DNA of 13,343 bases from contig NW_021826135.1 in NCBI RefSeq assembly GCF_006345805.1, forward strand, positions 1 through 13,343, read 5' to 3'. This document shows, piece by piece, positions 1-7,944 of the stretch (position 1 is the first letter of the stretch; each line of letters begins with the position of its first letter). A model generated the notes under the pieces. The model was not told the origin of the DNA, did not search any database, and worked only from the letters and a program-made list of their open reading frames with translations. The position numbers were made by a program, and so were the translations under genes. This stretch comes from Octopus sinensis. Its lineage: Eukaryota.

Positions 1-50
1 GTCATCGCCACGGCCGCTATCGTTATCTTTATTTAGTTCAGCTAGTTACG

Positions 51-102
51 AGCAGCAGCAGCAGCAACAACAACAACAACAACAGCAACAACAACAACAA
101 AA
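51..102. repeat. (CAG)n/(CAA)n microsatellite
   Basis: agcagcagcagcagcaacaacaacaac... read directly from the sequence. Confidence 0.95.
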
Positions 103-189
103 ACAGCGTCAGCGATGGCATCTGCGGTTATGGCGGCAGTAGCAGCTGCACTAGTCGCTTATATCTGTACGATCCATTATTGCCGTCAC

Positions 190-770
190 ACCCCCAAATT
201 AACCAACCTTCAACAATACTCCCAAAACTACTAATACAATCATCACCATCATTATACCCTTCTCTCCACTTACAATACCACTACTAACACCATTACCACT
301 ACCACCACCACCATTAATTATACCATCAATTATGTCTTCAACGTCGCCAACACCACCAACACTACCAGTACTAAGGTCATCATTATCATCACTAACACCA
401 TCACCATAACTAATAAATAGCTATTTCTTTACTACCCACAAGGGGCTAAACACAGAGGGGACAAACAAGGACAGACAAACGGATTAAGTCGATTACATCG
501 ACGCCAGTGCGAAACTGGTACTTTATTTATCGACCCCGAAAGGAGGAAAGGCAAAGTCTGACCTTGGCGGAATTTGAACTCAGAACGTAACGACAGACGA
601 AATACGGCTACGCATTTCGGCCGGCGTGCTAAACGTTTCTGCCAGCTCGCTGCCTTAAATACCATTACTACCACCATCACCGTAACTAATAAATACCATT
701 ACCACCACCACCACCACCACCTTCACCCCCACCACCAACGCCAACAACACCAATACCACTGTTAACACCA
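190..770. repeat. Degenerate ACC/ACT/ATC-rich simple sequence, interrupted by SINE A1
   Basis: Mixed triplets (accaccacc, actact, catcat) on both sides of the SINE at 420-655. Confidence 0.85.
420..655 (-). mobile_element. tRNA-derived SINE, family A, copy A1
   Basis: About 93% identical by hand alignment to 1033-1262 (about 16 differences in about 233 nt) and similar to 7575-7807. The minus strand begins aaggcagcgagctggcagaaacg (A-box-like) and contains gagttcaaattcc (B-box-like). Flanked by taaata at 414-419 and 656-661 (candidate TSD). Confidence 0.9.
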
Positions 771-774
771 TGCA

Positions 775-961
775 CTTATTTGACCTGCTCGATATAGCAC
801 CGAATCTCCTTCAAATTTTACTCTGCTCACTTAAAAAAGACAGGTCACCACCTTGATAGACAATGTTTGGGGGAAAAAATGACATGGCCACGGATGGGAC
901 ATCTTTGATCATAGAACTGCTCGAACAGGGCTGGCTTATGGCTAAACAGCAACAACAACAG
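775..961 (+). mobile_element. Interspersed repeat family C, copy C1, with (CAA)n tail
   Basis: gacctgctcgatatagcaccgaatctccttcaaat is the reverse complement of the motif at 8106-8150 and 9669-9712. The 3' part aligns with 1337-1398 and ends ggctaaacagcaacaacaac. Strand is assigned from the tail. Confidence 0.65.
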
Positions 962-1033
962 CAGTAGCAGCACTATTTGTATTATTGTCATCTACAATAA
1001 AAGTTAGCTACATTTTCATTCACATCTTTATAT

Positions 1034-1262
1034 ATTTCTTTACTACCCACAAGGGGCTAAACACAGAGGGGACAAACAAGGACAGACAAACGGATTAAGT
1101 CGATTACATCGACCCCAGTGCGTATCTGGTACTTAATTTATCGACCCCGAAAGGATGAAAGGCAGAGTCGACCTCGGCAGCATTTGAACTGAGAACATAA
1201 CGGCAGACGAAATACGGCTACGCATTTCGCCCGGCGTGCTAACGTTTCTGCCAGCTCGCCGC
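1034..1262 (-). mobile_element. tRNA-derived SINE, family A, copy A2, with 23 bp TSD
   Basis: Full-length match to A1 and A3. The perfect direct repeat cattttcattcacatctttatat lies at 1011-1033 and 1263-1285. Confidence 0.95.
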
Positions 1263-1336
1263 CATTTTCATTCACATCTTTATATCTTACCTTCTACAAC
1301 ATTAGGTCATGTGATCTATGATGACCCTAAAAAGGT

Positions 1337-1415
1337 GAGATGGTCAAAAGTGGAATGCTTTTGATTGGAGATCTGCTCCATCAGGACTGACCTGGGGCAA
1401 AAAAAGAAAAAGAAA
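1337..1415 (+). mobile_element. Family C 3' fragment (C2) with A-rich tail
   Basis: gagatggtc...tttgattggagatctgctccatcaggactgacctggggcaaaa aligns by eye with 881-946 and, as reverse complement, with 6406-6480. Confidence 0.6.
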
Positions 1416-1424
1416 CGGATTTGC

Positions 1425-1800
1425 AATACCATCAACATCACCGTTTCCGCCATCATTACCGCCTTTAAACTCCACCGACACCACAACCACCACTACCACC
1501 ATCAACATCTCCTACAGCACCACCAACGCTAACACCACCACTACCACCACCACCATCACCAATACCACGATGAAAAGACTTAAATTTTGTGGCATTTTAA
1601 GCGTTTCATCAAACATGATCTAACAAGTCAACGAGGACATTCTAACTTCGTCATACCTCCCTTTCTAATCAGCCCCCTCCCCACCTCCTACTCCTTTGTT
1701 TTCTCCTCTCCATCATCATCACTATCATCATCATCATCTTCCCCTTCCCCCTACTGCAATCCGTCCTAGTTCCTCCCCCTTCTCCCACTATCTCCACCCT
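1425..1800. repeat. ACC/ATC-rich then CT-rich simple sequence
   Basis: Runs of accacc and catcat followed by a pyrimidine-rich tract (about 1640-1800). Confidence 0.8.
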
Positions 1801-1956
1801 ATCAAACACCAATTTATTATATCCCTTTATGTTGGGGGTCTAGCTCTTTATAGAACTAGGAGTTGCTGTTAGACGTTGATGTGCTAGCTACGTACGTGGA
1901 AAGGGTTGCGCACCGTGATAATCTATCATAATCTGTTATAATCCATTGGAATATAA

Positions 1957-2011
1957 TCTCTCTCTCTCTCTCTCTCTCACCATCTTTCTATCAATCCATC
2001 CATCCATCCAT

Positions 2012-2063
<52 letters not shown>

Positions 2064-2074
2064 TTGTCTGTCTG

Positions 2075-2135
<61 letters not shown>

Positions 2136-2376
2136 ATCTATTTATCTATCATTCAATCAATCAATCTATCTACTTATAGTTTCTATCTATTTATATCACT
2201 CAATCTATCATCTATCTCTGTCTGACTGTCTGTCTTGTCTGTCTGTCTATCTATCTAGCTATCTATCTATTTATCTATCTATCTATTTATCTATCTATAT
2301 ATCTATCTATCAATCAATCAATCTATCATTTTATCTATTTATATCATTCAATCTATCTGTCTGTCTGTCTGTCACC

Positions 2377-2459
<83 letters not shown>

Positions 2460-2460
2460 G
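1957..2460. repeat. (TC)n + (TCCA)n + long (TCTA)n/(TCTG)n compound microsatellite (GATA repeat on minus strand)
   Basis: About 500 bp of tcta units with tcaa, tctg and ttta variants. Confidence 0.97.
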
Positions 2461-2520
2461 TTAATGCCGTCACACTTCACATCATAGAACAAGGCCTGCC
2501 CAGCAAGAAAAGACATAAAA
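2461..2520 (+). CDS. Candidate 60 bp internal coding exon (phase 1-1), peptide xNAVTLHIIEQGLPSKKRHKx; host gene not identified
   Basis: High-complexity island bounded by ...tctatctAG| and |GTACGT. Length is divisible by 3 and exactly one frame is open (the other two hit taa or tag). No homolog recognised and no transcript evidence. Confidence 0.45.
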
Positions 2521-2524
2521 GTAC

Positions 2525-2767
2525 GTTGTTCTTGTTGATATTGTTGTTGTTTTGTTTATTGTTGTTGTCGTCGTTGTTGTTTTGTTGATGCAGTTTGTCC
2601 ATCCATCACTGGTATCTATCGCTGTTTTTGTTACAATTATATTGATTCGCATATTCCTTTTGAATCAGTTGCTGATTATTTCATTAGTTGTTGTTGTTGT
2701 TGTTGTTGTTGTTGTTGATGATGATTGATGATTGATGATGATGATGATGATGATGATTGATGATTGA

Positions 2768-2798
<31 letters not shown>

Positions 2799-2930
2799 GA
2801 TGATGATGATTGTGGTGGTGGTGATGCCGGCAACAGCGGGTGTGGTAGTCTTGATAGTAATGGTGGCGTTATCCATTATTGCCGTTATATATTTCAAAAT
2901 GATGACAACGACGTTGTTACTGTTGTGTTG

Positions 2931-2963
<33 letters not shown>

Positions 2964-3375
2964 AACTCCTGTGATATATTTGATAATGATGGCGTTGATG
3001 TTTGATAATGGCAATGATGTTACAGTTGTTGTCGTCACTCTTTGTTATATATTTGATAATAATGACGTTGATATTTGATATTGGCGATGATGTCGTAACT
3101 TTTTTCTGTTCCTGTTTGTCGTTGCTATTGTTGTTACTCTCCTGTTATACATTTGATGTCGTTGATTGTTGGTCGCTGTTGCTAATGTAGTGATATTTAT
3201 TCGATAATGGTGATGCTGTTGTTGTTGTTGTTGTTGTTATTGTTTGTTACTGCTACTTTATGTATTTGATAACGATGGTGTTTTCTTGCTATTGTTGTGG
3301 TTGTTGTTGTTGTTATTGTTGTTATGAATTTGATAAAGACAATGTTTTTGTTCTTGCTGTTACTGTTGTTGCGTT
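2525..3375. repeat. GTT/GAT-rich compound triplet repeat block
   Basis: (gtt)n, (gat)n and degenerate mixtures; source of the poly-M/D/V/L/N ORFs in the track. Confidence 0.92.
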
Positions 3376-3445
3376 TGTGAAATCGTGACAAACGAATTTA
3401 AAGACTGAATATCAAATTTGAGGTATAAACATGGCTTTTTATGTT

Positions 3446-3521
3446 AGCGTGTATATGTGTGCTTGTGTCCGTGCGTATGTGTGTGTGCGTGCGTGTGTGC
3501 ATGCACATGTGTGTGTGTGTG
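3446..3521. repeat. (TG)n/(TGCG)n microsatellite
   Basis: gtgtatatgtgtgc...gtgtgtgcgtgcgtgtgtg...gtgtgtgtgt. Confidence 0.85.
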
Positions 3522-3699
3522 TTAAAATGGTTGTAAAATGATGCAATGGTGTGTTTATAATATTGTTTGTAATGTAGCGTTCTGTTGTCTAATGCTTGGA
3601 TACTCCGTCGGTTTAGACGACGAGCATTCAATAATTCGAGTAACTGAACGTCCAGGTCGTTAGATCAACTGGCTGGCCATTGCTGAGTATTGCTCAAAT

Positions 3700-3964
3700 A
3701 CATGGCTGAGTATTCCAGGGATACATGTACGCGTCACTTAATTAAGTGTGACACGCTATGGGGCAGAACTGGATCTTTGAATTACGAGTACGAGCACAGC
3801 CCACCCAACCGGCTCTCATACATTTTCTGTCCAATTTTCCTCAGATGGATTTTGTTGAGACAAGACTAAAATAAGACATACTTACCCAAAGGACCACGCA
3901 GTTGGGTCGACAAGAGATTACACGATTACAAAACGTGTTTCTTAACCGCTCAGCCACGCTAGCG
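3700..3964 (-). mobile_element. Degraded tRNA/CORE-like SINE, family B, copy B0
   Basis: gacatacttacccaaaggaccacgcagt (3875-3902) and ttcttaaccgctcagccacg (3939-3958) align with gacacttgcccaaggtgctacgcaat and ttcttgccacacag of B1, and with B2. The tail boundary near 3700 is uncertain. Confidence 0.55.
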
Positions 3965-3976
3965 TATTGTAGTATA

Positions 3977-4254
3977 TCTTTTATCTTTTGCTTATTTCTG
4001 TCATTAGACTGCGACCATGCTGAGGCGCCACCTTCAAGAATTTTAGCCGAACGAATCATCGCCAATTCTTATTTTTATTTTAAGCCTGGTACTTATTCTA
4101 TCGGTCTCTTTTCCCTCCTGAACAGCTAAGTTACGGGATGTAAACACAACACCGGTTGTCAAGCGGTGGTGGGGAACAAGTACAGACACAAACCACACAC
4201 ACGCATATAACGTATGCATGTATGTATGTTTATATATATATGTATCTATATATA

Positions 4255-4289
<35 letters not shown>

Positions 4290-4530
4290 GACGGGCTTCT
4301 TTCAGTTTCCGTCTGCCAAATTCACGTACACACACACACACACACACACACTATATATATATATATATACAATATATATACGATAACTTCTTTCACTTTC
4401 CGTCGAACCAAATCTACTCACAAGGCTTTGGTCGGTCCGAGGCTATAGCAGCAGACACTTGCCCAAGGTGCTACGCAATGGGATTGAACCCGGTACCATG
4501 TGGTTGGGAAGCAAACTTCTTGCCACACAG
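3977..4530 (-). mobile_element. tRNA/CORE-like SINE, family B, copy B1, with internal TA/CA microsatellites (resembles octopus OR-type SINEs; family name not confirmed)
   Basis: The minus strand has a canonical B box gggttcaatccc (4480-4491) followed by ccttgggcaagtgtc, a motif typical of CORE-SINEs. About 160 nt align with 9445-9600. The tail boundary near 3977 rests on recall of this repeat type. Confidence 0.8.
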
Positions 4531-4734
4531 ATCGTATCTTTGCATAGTCTATACCATAGCACGGGACATGATAGTATAAGGTTGTAAATGATGGTACTGT
4601 GTTGCATAGAGTAGTGTAGTATAATAGAGGATAGGGTAGTATATTGAATTAACTATAGAATAGTGATACTAATAGAACAGTATGATATGAGAAAGCATTT
4701 TTGCAATGACTATGCTTTCGTTTTAGGCGGAGTA

Positions 4735-4820
4735 CTTTATCTAATGTGTCTTTAGCTAAAGATAATATGGTCTGATTTTAGGTAGTTTTGGTTGCTATTT
4801 TAGCAATTCTAGTGACCACT
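4735..4820 (-). mobile_element. Degraded family C fragment (C6)
   Basis: ggtctgattttaggtagttttggttgctattttagcaattctagtgacc aligns with the family C core. Confidence 0.45.
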
Positions 4821-4844
4821 TAAAGGTACTATTGTTGGGTTCTG

Positions 4845-4848
<4 letters not shown>

Positions 4849-4905
<57 letters not shown>

Positions 4906-4935
4906 GTGTGTTATATATATATATATATAATATAA
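4849..4935. repeat. (TA)n microsatellite, about 27 perfect units at 4849-4903
   Basis: Read directly from the sequence. Confidence 0.97.
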
Positions 4936-4964
4936 AACAAGAACATGGAGTTTGCACTAACTCT

Positions 4965-5166
4965 AAGGCGGCTAGCTGGCAGAATCGTAAGTTAGCCGGA
5001 TGAAATGCTTAGTGACATTTCGTCCGTCTCGTCATATTCCGCTGAGGCAGATTTTGCCTTTCATCCTTTCGAGGATTGATAAAATAAGTACCAGTTGAGC
5101 ACTGTCGCTGATGTAATCGACTTGCACCCTCTCCCGAAATGACTGGGTTTGTGCCAAAATTTGAAT
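4965..5166 (+). mobile_element. Family A-related SINE (A') with shared head and core but different 3' tail
   Basis: aaggcggctagctggcagaatcg...gcctttcatcctttcgaggattgataaaataagtaccag...gatgtaatcgactt matches the reverse complement of A1-A3, then diverges into ...gtttgtgccaaaatttgaa. Part of the B-box region is deleted. Confidence 0.8.
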
Positions 5167-5260
5167 AACACGGATATTGAGATGTACTTTCAGTGAAACG
5201 ATCAATTTTCGCTGTACTAGCTTTCTAAAGCAAACTACAAGGTTAATATCTTAATTGAGT

Positions 5261-5274
5261 ATATATATATATAT

Positions 5275-5319
<45 letters not shown>

Positions 5320-5498
5320 TGTGTGGTGTATATATATATATATATATACATATATATATGTATATATATATGTATATATATGTATATATATATAGATATA
5401 TATATATTATATATATATATATATATGATGTGTGTACTATTATGTATATATGTATTATGTATATATATATGTAGAATATACATATGTATATATGTAGA

Positions 5499-5547
<49 letters not shown>

Positions 5548-5630
5548 ATATAATATGAATATATAAATATATGCGTATATACATATATGTACATACCTAC
5601 ATCTATATGTATATATACATGCATATATGG
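5261..5630. repeat. (TA)n/(TG)n compound microsatellite
   Basis: About 370 bp of alternating purine-pyrimidine sequence; source of the YI/CV ORFs. Confidence 0.95.
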
Positions 5631-5788
5631 GTACAGGACATCAGAAAAAAAAACGTTGACAAAACATGAGAAACGAAAACACAAAAACAAAAACATGGAA
5701 ACGAACTTTTTTTTTTCAAACAACGAAAAAAGAAAATACAACACAAGAATTTTCCCCTTCAGTTTCCCTGTTTCGTCTACTCCGCGTG

Positions 5789-5826
<38 letters not shown>

Positions 5827-5944
5827 AATAATTTCAACAATTGAGGGTAAAATAATTAATTATTAATCAGTTATTCATTCAACCCCAGTGTTGTTCAGTA
5901 TGTAAAGGGACCATTATAGCGAATTCAAAATATTACATTATATA

Positions 5945-5975
5945 TAAGGGCTTTAGCTGCTATTTCTAATGAGTT
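5945..5975 (-). mobile_element. Very short family C core remnant (C7)
   Basis: agggctttagctgctatttcta versus core agatttggctgctatttcta; short match only. Confidence 0.3.
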
Positions 5976-6270
5976 CAGTATGTGGCAAAGTAATTTATTT
6001 TACTAAGCCCTTATATATAATATATATATATATATATAAAAGGACATCTGGTAACTTGGCTGGCAAAAAAAGCCCACGAATGACCCGTCCTTTTTATCTG
6101 TCTCTCTAATTGTTGTTTTTCCTGTGCGCCTTTGTATCGTCTGTCTGTCCGGATGTTTTATTGTCCTCTATTGCGTTTTTCCTCCATTTTATGTGTGTGT
6201 GTGTGTGTTTTCAATTATACACATGTACGTACGTATATATACATGTATGTATATATGTATGTATATGTAT

Positions 6271-6337
6271 TGAGGTCGATGTAATAAACTTCCCCACTTC
6301 CGTGAACGAGCTGGCCTTGTGCCAAAATCTGAAATGA
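6271..6337 (+). mobile_element. 3' fragment of SINE A'
   Basis: ggtcgatgtaataaactt...ggccttgtgccaaaatctgaa aligns with 5109-5165 (gatgtaatcgactt...gtttgtgccaaaatttgaa). Confidence 0.6.
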
Positions 6338-6405
6338 ATATTTTGGCATACTTTATTGAGCTAGCATCATATGTGTGTTTATGTCATCAGTATTATAAGT
6401 TGCTA

Positions 6406-6615
6406 GTGTTTAGCCTCAAGTCAGCCTAAATCCAGCAGAGAGGAAAACCTACGATCAAATGCGTTCCAGTGACGACCATCTCGTTTTTTTTTTTTAATTC
6501 AGTCTTAGTGTATTCATGACGATATTGCACAGTGTGTTCTGTATGGCAGTAGGGTGTGATGTACGAGAAACTTTTGCTGTTGTTTTATATCAAGTCGAAT
6601 GACTACGTAGATACT
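6406..6615 (-). mobile_element. Family C copy C3
   Basis: gtttagcctcaagtcagcc...acctacgatcaaatgcgttccagtgacgaccatc and ggtgtgatgtacgagaaacttttgctgttgtttta match the two family C blocks in the same order as the reverse complement of C1. Confidence 0.6.
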
Positions 6616-6796
6616 ACCTAGTTGGCGAGTGTTTATTGTTTTTGTCATAGTAATTGTCGATATTTATCAGTTTCGGAGCTTTCTAATATGCCTTAGATCT
6701 GCCAGGTTACCACCCTAAATGTCACCGAAATAAGCAGAAACAGATTCAATGCATACAGTCCATGTAGTGTTTCAAACCGTCTTATGACTTCATACA

Positions 6797-7159
6797 TCTC
6801 TATATATATAAAGCTGAAGTTGTCTGTGTATGGCAGGTTTGGTAGCCTTCAACTAAGTTGACCAAAATTGAGAGTATGATAGAAGAAGGCTTGCTCTTCC
6901 TTCCGTAGAAGAAAAAATTCAAATCGGGTCATGTTAACACCAAAAATTATTTACATCAAAAAGGTGTTATTTTTCTATGAAAATCCCTATTTTTTTTATG
7001 ATTTCTTTACTGCTGTGTCACAATTTTTCAGGTGTATTTCAACCAGAAAAAATGTTCACTTAAAGAGAATAACAAGCTACATAATGGGAATTTTTACTTT
7101 CAAAAATTCAATTCTAAAGGGTCGAAACAAACCCGAGCAACGCCGGGCGATACTGCTAG
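6797..7159 (+). mobile_element. Non-autonomous Helitron, 363 bp
   Basis: 5' end TC (TCTCTATATATATAAAGC), 3' end CTAG (7156-7159), GC-rich subterminal hairpin cccg-a-gc-aac-gc-cggg (7132-7147) 8 nt before CTAG, inserted between A6796 and T7160 with no TSD. These are the established Helitron hallmarks. Confidence 0.85.
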
Positions 7160-7574
7160 TTTTAATGAAATACCAAAGAGAACGAAAGCTTTTGTGCTAA
7201 AACATTGCACCAAGTAAACATTACACTTATATACCATGCACAAATTAAATTTCACTTTAAAACTACTAAACACAGAAGGGAAGAAAAGAGACTCGGTTTA
7301 CAAATCCACTTGAAGACGTGCTGTTCTGCTACATGATCTTCGACACCAAGAAATTGCCATCACAACACCGTGCATTTGAGTATCTGGCAGCTTGGAACTA
7401 TCATTCTTTTGTGCTCTGTTGCATCATTTATTTCTTCAATCGATTTAGTCGAGTCTAGGTGTCCAAAGGCTGAGGACTCTATCTCAACAAAACTATCATC
7501 GATAACACGATTACTTCTTTACATGCCGCAGCAATAAGCTACACTACACCTCACTACATAGTACATATTTTAGC

Positions 7575-7807
7575 TATTTCTTTACTACCCACAAGGGTTA
7601 AACACAGAGAGGACAAACAAGGACAGACAAACGGATTAAGTCGATTATATCGACCTCCAGTGCGTAACTGGTACTTATTTAATCGACCCCGAAAGGATGA
7701 AAGGCAAAGTCGACCTCGGTGGAATTTGAACTCAGAACGTAGCGACAGACGAAATACTGCTAAGCATTTCGCCCGGCATGCTAACGTTTCTGCCAGCTCG
7801 CCGCCTT
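7575..7807 (-). mobile_element. tRNA-derived SINE, family A, copy A3, with 25 bp TSD
   Basis: Full-length match to A1 and A2. The perfect direct repeat ctcactacatagtacatattttagc lies at 7550-7574 and 7808-7832. Confidence 0.95.
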
Positions 7808-7944
7808 CTCACTACATAGTACATATTTTAGCACGAATGAAGGGTTGCTCTTACCGAAGCTTTCGTTCTCTTGGTATCATTTCTAGTTATACAAGAAGTC
7901 GTAAGATTTAATTAAGTAGTTGAAGTGTTAGTGTTGTTCACACC

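Noticed and set aside
432-765. ORFs 432-680 (-) and 574-765 (+), and the similar 7660-7911 (+)
   Set aside because: They are translations of SINE family A and its flanking triplet repeats.
1854-1891. AG...GTACGT-bounded 38 bp segment as an exon
   Set aside because: All three frames contain stops.
181-2475. 11-mer tgccgtcacac shared by 181-191 and 2465-2475
   Set aside because: Matches of this length are expected by chance in 13 kb and it does not extend.
1946-3391. ORFs rich in SIYL, poly-M/D/N/V/L/Q
   Set aside because: Direct read-through of TCTA, GAT and GTT microsatellites.
3841-4065. Protein-like minus ORF (KILEGGASAWSQ...) with an apparent G|GTAAGT donor at about 3880-3886
   Set aside because: The acttaccc is a mutated copy of the SINE B motif acttgccc, and the ORF spans two adjacent SINE copies.
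5194-5241. 48 bp tttcAG...AG|GTTAAT segment ([15 protein letters not shown])
   Set aside because: Weak donor, short tract, and its only open phase is incompatible with the better candidate exon.
4214-5866. YI/CV/HT-rich ORFs, including the 188 aa minus ORF with a hydrophobic stretch
   Set aside because: TA/TG/CA repeats plus a T-rich repeat island; no codon complexity.
6931-7217. Two plus-strand ORFs of 89 and 61 aa
   Set aside because: They lie in the Helitron interior, cross its 3' end, and have no Rep/helicase motifs.
420-7807. SINE heads as tRNA genes; repeated units as a CRISPR array
   Set aside because: The heads lack a complete cloverleaf and continue into SINE bodies; no regularly spaced repeat-spacer structure or cas genes exist and the DNA is eukaryotic.
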